Assembly: GCF_000039765.1 (NCBI RefSeq)
Contig: NC_004459.3
Span: 1,230,001-1,262,000, forward strand
Direction of reading: 5' to 3'
Length of the DNA: 32,000 nucleotides
Source of the DNA: Vibrio vulnificus CMCP6
Lineage (GTDB): Bacteria; Pseudomonadota; Gammaproteobacteria; Enterobacterales; Vibrionaceae
Shown here: in pieces, positions 21,950 through 32,000 of the stretch
Position numbering within the stretch: position 1 is the stretch's first letter
Layout: every line of letters begins with the position of its first letter
Position numbers and translations under genes: made by a program
Notes under the pieces: model-generated
What the model saw: only the letters and a program-made list of their open reading frames with translations
The model's database searches: none
What the model was told of the DNA's origin: nothing

Positions 21950-22333
21950 TTACACCACGATAAGTACGATCAGTGAGATAAATGCCACCGCCGCCCACTG
22001 AGCGAGCACGATGATTTTCTTATCAACAGGTTTGCCCTTCAAACGAATTGGCATGACCTGAGGCATCATACTGAAGAAGGTATGAGCATGCAGTAGGCTG
22101 CCGAGTAAGGCGACGATGTTAATCGCGATCACCACTGGGTTCGCCATAAAGTTCAACCACGTTTGCCAAGCTTCTGGCCCTTTCACCAGAGAACCCAAAC
22201 CGACAGTCAGGAACAAGGTGAAGAGAATCAATGGCAGCACAGTGGCTTCACGTAGCATGTAGAAGCGGTAGAATGGGTGATCTTTCCACCAAGTGCGTTT
22301 TACTTCACGAACGTAAGGTTTACGATTGCTCAT
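21950..22333 (-). CDS. frdC: Fumarate reductase subunit C (membrane anchor)
   Basis: 127 aa, MSNRKPYVREVKRTWWKDHPFYRFYMLREATVLPLILFTLFL. Confidence 0.95.
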   Translation of the reverse strand: MSNRKPYVREVKRTWWKDHPFYRFYMLREATVLPLILFTLFLTVGLGSLVKGPEAWQTWLNFMANPVVIAINIVALLGSLLHAHTFFSMMPQVMPIRLKGKPVDKKIIVLAQWAAVAFISLIVLIVV

Positions 22334-22335
22334 TC

Positions 22336-23094
22336 TTATGCCTCCACTTTCTTTGGTGAACCATCAGGTTTCAGCATTGCAATGACGAAGTCCATTGATG
22401 ACTCGACTTTGCCTTGGTTAACCGCGGCAGCAGGATCAACATTCTTCGGACAAACTTCAGAACAATAGCCAACAAACGTACAGCCCCACGCACCGTTTTC
22501 GCCATTGATTAGCTTCATACGCTCTGCTTTACCATTGTCACGGCTATCTAGGTTGTAGCGGTGTGCCAAAGTCAGTGCTGCTGGACCAATGAACTCTGGG
22601 TTCAAACCGAACTGCGGACACGCTGCGTAGCAAAGACCACAGTTAATACAACCCGCGAACTGCTTGTATTTTGCCAGCTGTTCAGGGGTTTGTAGGTTAG
22701 TACCATCTTCTGGCTTGCGGTCGTTGCCAATGATGTAAGGTTTGATCGCTTCTAGGCGCTCGATGAACGGCGTCATATCGACAATCAAATCTTTCTCGAT
22801 TGGGAAGTTTGCTAATGGCTCGATTTTCACGCCGTCTGGGTAGTCGCGCAGGAAGCTCTTACACGCCAGTTTTGGCACGCCGTTGACCATGATGCCGCAC
22901 GAGCCACAAATCGCCATACGACAAGACCAACGGTAAGAGAGGTTTTTGTCGAGATGATCTTTGACGTAGCCCAGAGCATCAAGTACCGACATGGTTTCAT
23001 CAAACGGGACTTCGAAAGCCTGAAAACGAGGTTCTGCGTCTGTTGCTGGGTCGTAACGCAGAATGTCTACTTTTTGAATGCGGTTTGCCGACAT
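22336..23094 (-). CDS. frdB: Fumarate reductase iron-sulfur subunit
   Basis: 252 aa; Fe-S motifs [50 protein letters not shown]. Confidence 0.97.
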   Translation of the reverse strand: MSANRIQKVDILRYDPATDAEPRFQAFEVPFDETMSVLDALGYVKDHLDKNLSYRWSCRMAICGSCGIMVNGVPKLACKSFLRDYPDGVKIEPLANFPIEKDLIVDMTPFIERLEAIKPYIIGNDRKPEDGTNLQTPEQLAKYKQFAGCINCGLCYAACPQFGLNPEFIGPAALTLAHRYNLDSRDNGKAERMKLINGENGAWGCTFVGYCSEVCPKNVDPAAAVNQGKVESSMDFVIAMLKPDGSPKKVEA

Positions 23095-24911
23095 TATGCT
23101 TGCTCCTCTGCGTTTTTCTCTGCGGCCTTAGCGGCTTCTTCAGCGGCAGCTTTCTCTGCTGCTTCACCATACAAACGTGCTTTAGGCTGAGACTTAGTGA
23201 TGGTCACGTCGCTGTAGCTGATGTTTGGTGCTTGATCTTCTTGGAAGAAAGCCAAAGAGTGCTTGAGGAAGTTCACGTCATCACGATCGGTACAGCCGTC
23301 GTCAAGACGTTGGTGAGCACCACGAGATTCTTTACGTAGAATCGCGGAGTGAACCATTGCTTCCGCCACTTCTAGGCCGTAACCCACTTCGATTGCGTAG
23401 AGAAGGTCAGTATTGAATACCTTGCCTTTGTCTTTGATGCTGATTTTCTTGTAACGCTCTTTCAGTTCAGTGATTTTCTCGATCGTTGCTTGCATCAGAT
23501 CTTCTTGGCGGTAGATACCACAGCCCGCTTCCATGGTGTGACCCATTTCCGTGCGGATATCTGCCCAGTTTTCATCGCCTTCTTGGTTCATTAGCGCTGC
23601 GATACGCTCTTCAACCGCTTTCACTTGTGCAGCGATAGACGCTTCGTTCCAGCCCTTGAATTCCGCTGCGCGTTTCACCGCTTGCTCACCCGCAACGCGG
23701 CCAAACACTACAAATTCTGCTAGTGAGTTCGAACCAAGGCGGTTTGCACCGTGCAGACCAACAGAAGCACATTCTCCCACCGCGAACAGGCCTTTAATGC
23801 GTGTTTCACACTGTTTGTCGGTTTCAATACCACCCATGGTGTAGTGAACCGTTGGACGAATTGGAATCGGCTCTTTTGCTGGGTCAACGTTGACATACGC
23901 TTTGGCGAGTTCACAAATGAACGGTAGACGCTCTTGCAGATACTCTTCACCTAGGTGGCGCAAGTCTAGGTGTACCACGTCACCGAGTGGGTGCTTGATG
24001 GTGTTGCCTTTCTGCTGCTCGTGCCAGAATGCTTGAGAAACTTTGTCACGTGGACCAAGTTCCATGTATTTGTTCTTCGGCTGACCAACCGGTGTTTCTG
24101 GGCCCATGCCGTAGTCTTGCAAGTAACGATAGCCGTTTTTGTTGACAATGATACCGCCTTCACCACGACAACCTTCGGTCATCAGGATACCAGTGCCTGG
24201 TAGGCCCGTTGGGTGGTATTGCACGAATTCCATATCACGTAGAGGAACGCCGTGACGGTAAGCCATAGCCATACCATCGCCCGTTACGATACCGCCGTTG
24301 GTATTGCAGTGGTAAACACGACCAGCACCACCTGTGGCAAGTACCACTGATTTTGCTTTGATGGTGACCAACTCCCCTTCTGCCATATGGATGGCGATCA
24401 GGCCTTGAACTTCACCTTCATCAACAAGCAGATCCACCACAAAGTACTCATCAAAGCGTTTGATGTTTGAGTACTTCATCGAAGTTTGGAATAGGGTGTG
24501 TAGCATGTGGAAGCCAGTTTTGTCTGCCGCAAACCACGTACGCTCAACTTTCATACCGCCAAAGCGACGAACGTTGACTTCGCCATTCTCCTTACGGCTC
24601 CATGGGCACCCCCATTGCTCCATTTGGATCATTTCGCGCGTCGCGTTTTCAACAAAGTATTCAACAACATCCTGTTCACAAAGCCAGTCACCACCACCAA
24701 CGGTATCGTTGAAGTGATTGTCTAGGCTATCCTCATCCTTGATAACTGCTGCTGAGCCACCCTCTGCTGCGACCGTATGGGAACGCATTGGGTAAACCTT
24801 AGAAATTAAGGCTACTTCCAGATCCGGGTTTGCTTCAGCCGCTGCAATAGCAGTACGAAGACCAGCGCCGCCTGCGCCGATGACTGCGATATCTGTGATG
24901 ATAGTTTGCAC
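23094..24911 (-). CDS. frdA: Fumarate reductase flavoprotein subunit
   Basis: FAD-binding [23 protein letters not shown] and HTVAAEGG motif. Likely GTG start at 24911 ([15 protein letters not shown]) preceded by RBS CTGGAGGATAACT; the upstream 51 aa in the track are not supported. 1-bp overlap TAATG with frdB. Confidence 0.96.
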   Translation of the reverse strand: MQTIITDIAVIGAGGAGLRTAIAAAEANPDLEVALISKVYPMRSHTVAAEGGSAAVIKDEDSLDNHFNDTVGGGDWLCEQDVVEYFVENATREMIQMEQWGCPWSRKENGEVNVRRFGGMKVERTWFAADKTGFHMLHTLFQTSMKYSNIKRFDEYFVVDLLVDEGEVQGLIAIHMAEGELVTIKAKSVVLATGGAGRVYHCNTNGGIVTGDGMAMAYRHGVPLRDMEFVQYHPTGLPGTGILMTEGCRGEGGIIVNKNGYRYLQDYGMGPETPVGQPKNKYMELGPRDKVSQAFWHEQQKGNTIKHPLGDVVHLDLRHLGEEYLQERLPFICELAKAYVNVDPAKEPIPIRPTVHYTMGGIETDKQCETRIKGLFAVGECASVGLHGANRLGSNSLAEFVVFGRVAGEQAVKRAAEFKGWNEASIAAQVKAVEERIAALMNQEGDENWADIRTEMGHTMEAGCGIYRQEDLMQATIEKITELKERYKKISIKDKGKVFNTDLLYAIEVGYGLEVAEAMVHSAILRKESRGAHQRLDDGCTDRDDVNFLKHSLAFFQEDQAPNISYSDVTITKSQPKARLYGEAAEKAAAEEAAKAAEKNAEEQA

Positions 24912-25315
24912 AGTTATCCTCCAGTGTGTGAGTGCGGAAATCCGCTTGTTATTGTGAGATAGGGGCGTAGGCAAACGCATACTCCCCAAAAGTAGTAGTG
25001 ACAGTGTAGAAGAGCTTTGTGATAGAAAAATTGATGTATTTAGGTTTTTGCTTCGGAAATGCAAATATGAGCATAGAATTTATAGGTTATGTGATAACTG
25101 TCACGGCAGCTTGTCTTGAGGATTCAACTGCTTGAGCGGCAAGGTGTTAATTGGATGTTGCCGATGATTTTTATCATCAATAATCGCAACCAATTTGTTG
25201 CTGTTTTTAGCTTGTACAACGTTGTTTTTGTGCTCAATGGCGCTTGAGAAGTTGCTTGCAAAGGCTGAAGAAGGTGGTAAGTTCCACCGCAGAGTTATTG
25301 AGTTGAGAGTCAAAA

Positions 25316-26287
25316 ATGCAAGCCGATTGGAAACCGACCGCATCAATCGAACAACTGCGTCAACGCGCCGTTTTGATTGCCAATATCCGTCAATTTTTTG
25401 CCCAGAGAGGGGTGTTGGAAGTGGATACGCCAGCGATGAGCCACGCCACGGTTACCGATATCCATCTGCATACGTTTCAAACCGAGTTTGTGGGGCCCGG
25501 TTATGCTCAAGGTCGCCACCTTCACTTGATGACCAGCCCAGAATTCCATATGAAGCGCTTATTGGCGGCTGGAAGTGGCTGTATCTACCAAATGGCCAAG
25601 GCATTTCGTAATGAAGAGAATGGCCGTCACCACAATCCTGAGTTCACCATGCTGGAGTGGTATCGCGTTGGCTTTGATCACCACCAACTGATGGATGAAA
25701 TGGATGATTTACTGCAACTGATACTCAAGTGTGGCACTGCTGAGCGCATGACGTATCAGCAAGCGTTTCTAACTGTGCTGGGTGTTTGTCCGCTAGAAGG
25801 CTCCATGGCGGAGCTGAAAAGCGTTGCGGCAAGGTTGGGTTTGAGTGATATCGCAGAACCAGAAGAGGATCGCGATACCTTGCTACAACTGCTCTTTAGC
25901 ATCGGTGTGGAAGCAAAGATTGGTCAGCAGGTGCCAGCATTTGTTTATGATTTTCCTGCCTCTCAAGCAGCATTGGCAAAGATTAACCCGAATGATCCTC
26001 GTGTTGCAGATCGTTTTGAGGTGTACTTTAAGGGCATTGAGCTAGCCAATGGTTTCCATGAGCTCGACAACCCACAAGAACAGCTGACACGATTTGAGCA
26101 AGACAACGCGAAGCGTATTGACATGGGGCTGACTCCACAACCGATAGATTACCATCTGATTGCGGCATTGGAGTCGGGCTTACCGGCTTGCGCGGGAGTG
26201 GCATTGGGCGTTGATCGCTTGATTATGTTGTCGCTTGGTTGTACTCACATTGATGAGATCACCGCTTTTCCTTTTCCTATTGCGTGA
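25316..26287 (+). CDS. epmA: EF-P--(R)-beta-lysine ligase EpmA (class II LysRS-like)
   Basis: 323 aa; [31 protein letters not shown] and [15 protein letters not shown]. Confidence 0.96.
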
Positions 26288-26295
26288 GAATCGCT

Positions 26296-26664
26296 ATGAA
26301 AAAACGGTATTTGTTGCTTATTTATGCGTCCTTAATCGCATTTTTATCATTACGTTCTTCGAGCGGATTACAAGATTGGGGCGACATTCCGAACCTAGAT
26401 AAGCTGCAGCATTTCATGGCGTATAGCTGTTTCTCGCTGCTCGCAGCAGTCAGTGTAAGGCATTGGTGGCAACGTGGTGTGGCTGCTTTAGCCATTTTTC
26501 TCTTTAGCGGAGGGATCGAACTGGCACAAGCTTACGTCGGTAGGGAAAGCTCGTGGTTTGATCTGTTGGCGAACTTATCTGGGATTATACTAGGCTTACT
26601 AACGTATAAGCTCTATTGCGTTTATCGATCTCGAAATGTGAAATCGATATACTCCAATGACTAG
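26296..26664 (+). CDS. VanZ-like small membrane protein
   Basis: MKKRYLLLIYASLIAFLSLRSSSGLQDWGDIPNLDKLQHFMAYSCFSLLAA...FSGGIELAQAYVGRESSWFDLLANLSGIILG; follows epmA with almost no gap. Confidence 0.75.
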   Translation: MKKRYLLLIYASLIAFLSLRSSSGLQDWGDIPNLDKLQHFMAYSCFSLLAAVSVRHWWQRGVAALAIFLFSGGIELAQAYVGRESSWFDLLANLSGIILGLLTYKLYCVYRSRNVKSIYSND

Positions 26665-26786
26665 GTCGTTTTTCTCTTTTTCCTAATATACGATTTTATT
26701 CACGGAATAGGATCGGTTAGCAGGGGAAGATAGGCGAGCCCAGTGAGCAAGTTTTATCTTTCTAAGAAAGGGATTACACCACAATA

Positions 26787-27422
26787 ATGAAAACACGTGA
26801 GAAGATCGTGCATGCTGCCCTTGAGCTGTTTAATCAGCACGGTGAGCGCAGCATCACCACTAACCATATTGCTGATCATATTGATATTAGCCCAGGTAAC
26901 CTTTACTACCACTTTCGCAATAAACAAGAGATTGTGCGCGAAATTTTTGCTTTGTATGCGCAAGAACTGATTGAGCGCTTTACTCCAGTTCAAGAAAACC
27001 AAGAAAGTTTGGTGTTGTTGAAGCGCTATCTTGATTCGATCTTCACCTTGATGTGGAAGTACCGTTTTTTCTACGCCAATTTGCCTGAAATCCTCTCTCG
27101 CGATGAAGAGTTGCATCAACAATACATTGAAGTTCAAGATAAGCTACAAGCCAACCTAGTGGCGATTATGCGCGAGTTTGTTTCCCTTCAACTACTTGAA
27201 TTAAATGAAGATGAACTCAAGTCCTTAGTGCGAACTTTGCACCTGATTGCGTGCAGTTGGTTAGCGTATCAGTCCGCTATGTCGCCCAAAGTTGCGATCA
27301 CCGAGCAAATGGTACAGCAAGGCATGTTGCAAATGATTGCCGTGGTGAAGCCGATTGCGACGGAGCAAGGTATGGAGCAGTTACTGCTGCTCGAAGATGG
27401 CGTGCGCGCCCTGCACGGCTAA
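26787..27422 (+). CDS. TetR/AcrR-family transcriptional regulator
   Basis: 211 aa; HTH MKTREKIVHAALELFNQHGERSITTNHIADHIDISPGNLYYHFRNKQEIVREIF. Confidence 0.9.
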   Translation: MKTREKIVHAALELFNQHGERSITTNHIADHIDISPGNLYYHFRNKQEIVREIFALYAQELIERFTPVQENQESLVLLKRYLDSIFTLMWKYRFFYANLPEILSRDEELHQQYIEVQDKLQANLVAIMREFVSLQLLELNEDELKSLVRTLHLIACSWLAYQSAMSPKVAITEQMVQQGMLQMIAVVKPIATEQGMEQLLLLEDGVRALHG

Positions 27423-27555
27423 ACATCTCACATTCAAGACATCCCTCTTATATATGACCATAAAGCATCATTCATGACTTTATGGTCGTTGACTTCTCTC
27501 CCTCACATCGGAAAATATCCAATAAATAATCAAACAGATATGGATATCTTCTCCG

Positions 27556-28509
27556 ATGAATTACGACATCTTTAATGGCGATGCTGATGGCATTATTGCC
27601 TTGTTGCAACTGAGACTTGCCGAGCCGAGATCCGCGACGTTGGTCACTGGTGTAAAACGCGATATCAAGCTGGTGGAGAAAGTGGCAGCACAAGCGGGCG
27701 ATCATTTGACGATCCTCGATATTTCGATGGAGAAAAACATCGCTGGAGTGCAAGCCGCCTTAGCGGCCGGGGCGCAACTGTTTTATGCCGATCACCACAA
27801 AGCGGGAGAGATTCCGGCTCACCCCCATCTCGATGCTCATATCGATTTAGATGCCAACATTTGTACAGCATTGATAGTGGATAAGCTGTTAGACGGACGT
27901 TTTCATCACTGGGCCATTACCGCCGCGTATGGCGACAACTTGATCGCGCGCGCTGATGAGCTCGCCATCAAGGCGGGTTTGAATGAACAACAGAGAGCGC
28001 AGTTGTGCGAGTTGGGCACGTTAATCAATTACAACGGTTATGGTGAGAAGTTGGCTGATTTGCATTTTGACCCCGCTGAGCTGTTCTTGAGTTTGCTCGC
28101 CTACTCATCTCCTTTCGATGTGATTGCCGATGCCAGCTCGCCTTACCATCGATTAAAACAAGCCTATGAGCACGATTTATATGTAGCGCAAGCTGTGTTA
28201 CCAAAGCATCAAAGTGACAAGTTGGCTTTGATAGAGCTGCCAGATACGCCAGCGTCGCGCCGAATCAGTGGGGTGTTTGGTAATTTATTGGCAAATCAGA
28301 CACCAGAGCGAGCTCATGCGGTTCTGACGCGCAATCAAGATGACACTTACACTGTTTCTCTACGTGCTCCGTTAACCAATAAACAAGGGGCGGGTGATAT
28401 TTGCAGCTCGTTTGCCACGGGTGGGGGGCGAGCAGCAGCAGCAGGCATTAATGCCTTAACCGCAGAAGAGTTGCCCCGTTTTATTGAGGTGGTGGAAGCC
28501 TACTACTAG
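27556..28509 (+). CDS. DHH-family phosphoesterase-like protein
   Basis: 317 aa; MNYDIFNGDADGIIALLQLRL, LTILDISMEKN, QLFYADHHKAGEIP and C-terminal GAGDICSSFATGGGRAAAAGINAL (DHHA1-like). Confidence 0.8.
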   Translation: MNYDIFNGDADGIIALLQLRLAEPRSATLVTGVKRDIKLVEKVAAQAGDHLTILDISMEKNIAGVQAALAAGAQLFYADHHKAGEIPAHPHLDAHIDLDANICTALIVDKLLDGRFHHWAITAAYGDNLIARADELAIKAGLNEQQRAQLCELGTLINYNGYGEKLADLHFDPAELFLSLLAYSSPFDVIADASSPYHRLKQAYEHDLYVAQAVLPKHQSDKLALIELPDTPASRRISGVFGNLLANQTPERAHAVLTRNQDDTYTVSLRAPLTNKQGAGDICSSFATGGGRAAAAGINALTAEELPRFIEVVEAYY

Positions 28510-28524
28510 GTGGCAACGCGAACG

Positions 28525-29991
28525 AAAAATGGGAGCCTTGGCTTAATGCCGATCAGTTAAGAGATAAATGATCGGTTGAACGATCCTGCAGATGGCTTAT
28601 AAAGGCTCTAAGTTTCTAAAACTTTGAGCCTTTTATTTTGCAATTAACTACAGCCCTAACACTCGCCAATCGTTATGCCCCCAATACTGAACAACTTGGA
28701 AAACTCAGTGACATTCTTTGCCCTGATTTCATCAACCAATGCTTAGAAGCTTCTGGTGTGGCCACTATTCGTAAACGTCGTATCCCTCTCGACATGGCCG
28801 TTTGGGCGGTCGTTGCTATGTCGCTTTACCGACAAGAGCCTTTGTGGTCAATTGTCTCCAAAGCGCAATTAATGTTGCCCGGGAAGCGAAGTCTGGTTGC
28901 CCCTAGTGCTATCGTTCAAGCGAGACAACGGCTCGGGGCTGATGCAATGAAAGAAGTATTTCATCAAAGCCAGAGCTTATGGAATGAAACAGCTGACCAT
29001 CCGACTTGGTGTGGATTAAAACTCCTCGCTGTCGATGGCGTGGTATGGCGAACGCCAGACACTAAGGAAAACCGTGATGCGTTTCAATCTGCGTCAAATC
29101 AGAATGGTGAAGGTAGCTTTCCTCAGGTGCGTATGGTTTGCCAGATGGAGTTGACCAGTCACATGCTGGTCGCCAGTGCTTTCGCGAGTTACAAAACCAA
29201 TGAGATGATATTGGCGGAACAGTTGATTGAAACAACACCAGACTACAGCCTCACAATGTTTGACAGAGGTTTTTACTCTCTTAGCCTTCTTCATCGTTGG
29301 GCAAATACAGGTAATGAAAGGCATTGGCTAATGCCAATGCGCAAGAATACTCAATTTACTGAAGTTAGAAAGCTGGGTCGCAATGATCGGATTGTCGAAC
29401 TCAAGACAACGCCTCAAGCGAGAAAGAAGTCCCTGTCACTACCTGAAACCATCGAAGTTCGCCTGATAAAGAAAACTATCAAAGGGAAAGAAGTGAGTAT
29501 CTTGACCTCGATGACTGATCATCGTCGTTATCCGCCAGCGGAAATAGCAGAGCTTTACAGTCATAGATGGGAAATCGAAGTGGGATATCGTGAAATGAAG
29601 TCTTCACTTCTGAACAACGAGTTCACACTGAGAAGTAAGAAGCCAGAGATGGTAAAACAAGAACTATGGGGCTTATTGCTTAGCTATAACATTATTAGAT
29701 ATCAGATGGTTAACATGGCTAAAGCTGTGCCTGGCATCTACCCCAACCAACTGAGCTTCACAACGTGTGCTCACTCTATCATTCACGTAATTTTGGGGTT
29801 CTGGTTGGAGTCAGCGGGAACAATCCCTAAGCGCATTACTCACTTGCAAGAAGAGGCGATACACCATGTTTTGTCCATTAAACGAGAAGAGCGGATATAT
29901 CCGAGAGCAATAAAACCAAAGGCAAAGAAATACCCCAATAAAAAAGCCAGTCAGCTTAACTGACTGGCATTAAGCCTTGGCTCCCATTTTT
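28525..29991 (+). mobile_element. Complete IS4-family insertion sequence, about 1.47 kb
   Basis: Terminal inverted repeats AAAAATGGGAGCCTTGGCTTAATGCCGATCAGTTAAG (28525-28561) and its right-end counterpart (29955-29991), identical at 33 of 37 positions by hand, flanking one transposase ORF. Confidence 0.9.
28638..29960 (+). CDS. IS4-family DDE transposase
   Basis: 441 aa; LLAVDGVVW (D1), [11 protein letters not shown] (D2) and exact Y(2)R(3)E(6)K signature [15 protein letters not shown]. Stop codon at 29961-29963. Confidence 0.93.
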
Positions 29992-30016
29992 GTTGGCAAG
30001 GATTGAGGTTCACACC

Positions 30017-31144
30017 TCAACGGACCAGCCAGTTACGCGGGTTTTGCGCTTCACTATTGCGGCGAATTTCGAAGTAAAGTGAAGCTCGATCTTGCCCGCC
30101 CGTGTCGCCAGCAAGGGCGATCACTTCGCCAGCGGTGACTTTGTCGCCTTCTTTTTTCAACAAAGCCTGGTTGTAGCCATACAAGGTCATGTCGCCTTTG
30201 CCGTGGTCTATCAACACCACGAGGCCATAGCCTCTTAAATACTCAGCAAATACCACCGTACCAGGGTAAACCGACTTGACTTGTTCACCATAGCGAGCTG
30301 CGATAACAATGCCTTTCCAGTTGATTTGTCCCGTCTGTTTGGTTCCGAATTGGTGCAGTATTGAGCCTTTTAATGGCCAAGGGAGCTTCCCGGCTTGTTT
30401 GGCCAAACCGTCCATAGGAATGGCATTGCGTTTAGCCGCTTTAGCAATTTCTGCTTTCAGACGAGTTTCATTACGCTGCAGCTCTGCGAGGTAGTTTTTG
30501 TCGCTGGAAATACTTTGTTTGATGTTACCGAGTGTCTTTTTACGCTGGCCTTGAGTTTTCGCCAGTTGTTCGTGTTTCGTCGATTGTTGCTTGAGTAAAG
30601 ATTCGATCTGACTTTGCTCATTCAGCAACTGCTGCTGACTTTGTTCAAGTTGTTTCTTGGTGGATTCTAACTCGTTGATGGTTTCCGCTCTCGCTTTGGC
30701 GAGATGCTGGAAATATTGGCTAATGCGATCTTCTTCGACGCCCTGTTGCAGTAATGAGGCAGAGGCATTGGCTCTTTGGGTGACATAGTAGGTCTGGATG
30801 AGGGTTTCTAAGCGTTCAGTTTGCGCTTTCTTTTGGCCTTCAAGTTCATCCATTTTGCGTTGCAACTGCCCCACATTCGCTTTTGCCGTGGCCAACGCTT
30901 GCTTAGTTTGCTTAATCTCTTTCTCTAATTGCGCGATGCTTGTCTCTTGGCTGCGCAGCGATTTTTGCAACTCGTCGAGCTGCTTCTCTTGATTCGATAA
31001 GGCTTTTTGCTGGCGAGAAATTTCATTTTTGACCCCTTGTAGCTCACTTGGACTCGCCCCATTGGTCGGGAAGCTCAGAACAGTAAGAAGAACGCAGGTG
31101 GAAAGGAAAAAAAAGCCTGATTTGTTGGTTTTCTGTTTTGCCAC
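30017..31144 (-). CDS. envC: EnvC-like murein hydrolase activator (coiled coil + LytM/M23 domain)
   Basis: Long coiled coil (KSLRSQETSIAQLEKEIKQTKQALATAKANVGQLQRKMDEL) and degenerate LytM domain (GTKQTGQINWKGIVIAARYGEQVKSVYPGTVVFAEYLRGYGLVVLIDHGKGDMTLYGYNQALLKKEGDKVTAGEVIALAG). GTG at 31144 with AGGAAAG upstream fits better than the track's 31180. Confidence 0.85.
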   Translation of the reverse strand: MAKQKTNKSGFFFLSTCVLLTVLSFPTNGASPSELQGVKNEISRQQKALSNQEKQLDELQKSLRSQETSIAQLEKEIKQTKQALATAKANVGQLQRKMDELEGQKKAQTERLETLIQTYYVTQRANASASLLQQGVEEDRISQYFQHLAKARAETINELESTKKQLEQSQQQLLNEQSQIESLLKQQSTKHEQLAKTQGQRKKTLGNIKQSISSDKNYLAELQRNETRLKAEIAKAAKRNAIPMDGLAKQAGKLPWPLKGSILHQFGTKQTGQINWKGIVIAARYGEQVKSVYPGTVVFAEYLRGYGLVVLIDHGKGDMTLYGYNQALLKKEGDKVTAGEVIALAGDTGGQDRASLYFEIRRNSEAQNPRNWLVR

Positions 31145-31200
31145 GTACGTTCTTTCCTGAGCTATCAATGAAATAAGCATTGCGCTTGTTAGGCGCGCTG

Positions 31201-32000
31201 TTAGATGCCGTCACCGTCAATGAAGTTAGGGTATTTCCCGTTAAAGCCTTGATCCATATCGAGAGAAGGCTTGTCGGATTGCGGTCTCCCTACAATTCGT
31301 GCGGGTACACCAGCGACGGTAGTATGCGGTGGAACGGGTTGAAGTACAACGGAGCAGGAGCCAATTTTTGCACCTTCTCCAACTTCGATATTGCCAAGGA
31401 TTTTTGCCCCAGCTCCGATCATCACCCCTTCGCGGATCTTAGGATGTCGGTCGCCGCACTCTTTACCAGTACCACCTAACGTCACGTCTTGCAGGATGGA
31501 TACATCATTTTCGACGACAGCGGTTTCCCCGATCACGATACCTGTTGCGTGATCCAGCATGATGCCTTTGCCGATACGAGCCGCAGGGTGAATATCCACT
31601 TGGCATGCCACCGAGATTTGATTTTGCAGATAGGTCGCCAGCGCGTAGCGGCCTTGTTTCCACAACCAATTTGCCACGCGATAGCCTTGCAAGGCATGGT
31701 AACCCTTTAGGTAAAGCAGTGGGATAGAATACATAGAAACAGCCGGGTCACGATTCACCGTCGCACAGATATCGCAGGCGGCAGAATCGGTGATGTTAGG
31801 GTCAGCCGCAAAGGCTTCTTCAACCACTTCACGCACTGCCATCGCCGGCATGGAGGCTGTGTTCAGCTTATTGGCTAAAATGTAGCTCAACGCAGCACAC
31901 AAGCTTTCATGCTTGATGATGGTGGCGTGATAAAAACTGGCAAGCATCGGCTCTTGCTCCGATAGCTCACGGGCTTCTTTGACAATGCTCTGCCAGACTT
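31201..32000 (-). CDS. cysE: Serine O-acetyltransferase (partial, runs off the right edge)
   Basis: PMLASFYHATIIKHESLCAALSYILANKL..., hexapeptide repeats DIHPAARIGKGIMLDHATGIVIGETAVVENDVSILQDVTLGG. The frame is open past the track's Met at 31947 (…VWQSIVKEARELSEQEP-MLASF), matching the E. coli CysE N-terminal layout. Confidence 0.95.
   Translation of the reverse strand, partial: VWQSIVKEARELSEQEPMLASFYHATIIKHESLCAALSYILANKLNTASMPAMAVREVVEEAFAADPNITDSAACDICATVNRDPAVSMYSIPLLYLKGYHALQGYRVANWLWKQGRYALATYLQNQISVACQVDIHPAARIGKGIMLDHATGIVIGETAVVENDVSILQDVTLGGTGKECGDRHPKIREGVMIGAGAKILGNIEVGEGAKIGSCSVVLQPVPPHTTVAGVPARIVGRPQSDKPSLDMDQGFNGKYPNFIDGDGI

Noticed and set aside
27556-28509. Assignment of the DHH-family gene as recJ
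   Set aside because: At 317 aa it is far shorter than RecJ and has a divergent N-terminal motif (NGDADGI); only the superfamily is supported.
28511-30000. TGGCAA present on both sides of the IS (28511-28516 and near 29994) as target-site duplication
   Set aside because: The copies are at different distances from the IR tips and the similarity ends after 6 bp, so it is not a credible duplication.

Overview
This 32 kb window reads as an ordinary Vibrio chromosomal core region (V. cholerae-like by gene content; species is inference). In order it carries: crbR-like LuxR-type response regulator(-), dsbD(-), dcuA(-), aspA(-), fxsA(+), trmL(-), Fe/Mn superoxide dismutase(-) with a Fur-box-like upstream site, cpxRA(-) divergent from cpxP(+) with CpxR-box-like repeats between them, fieF(+), pfkA(+), a MATE efflux gene(-), groES-groEL(+) with a sigma-32-like promoter, a small exported ~15-aa-repeat protein(+), an MgtC/SapB-family gene(-), epmB(-), efp(+), an SPFH/band-7 membrane protein(+), frdABCD(-), epmA(+), a VanZ-like gene(+), a TetR regulator(+), a DHH-family phosphoesterase-like gene(+), a complete IS4-family insertion sequence with about 37-bp imperfect terminal inverted repeats, an EnvC-like M23 peptidase gene(-) and cysE(-, cut by the window end). 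I found no CRISPR array, tRNA/rRNA, prophage or recognisable defence island. The best candidates for a second look are the exported repeat protein with a 13-bp perfect inverted repeat upstream, the stand-alone SPFH gene in the efp-frd slot, the IS4-family element with hairpins at both ends, and the gene-order junctions. No new multi-gene system can be supported from this sequence.
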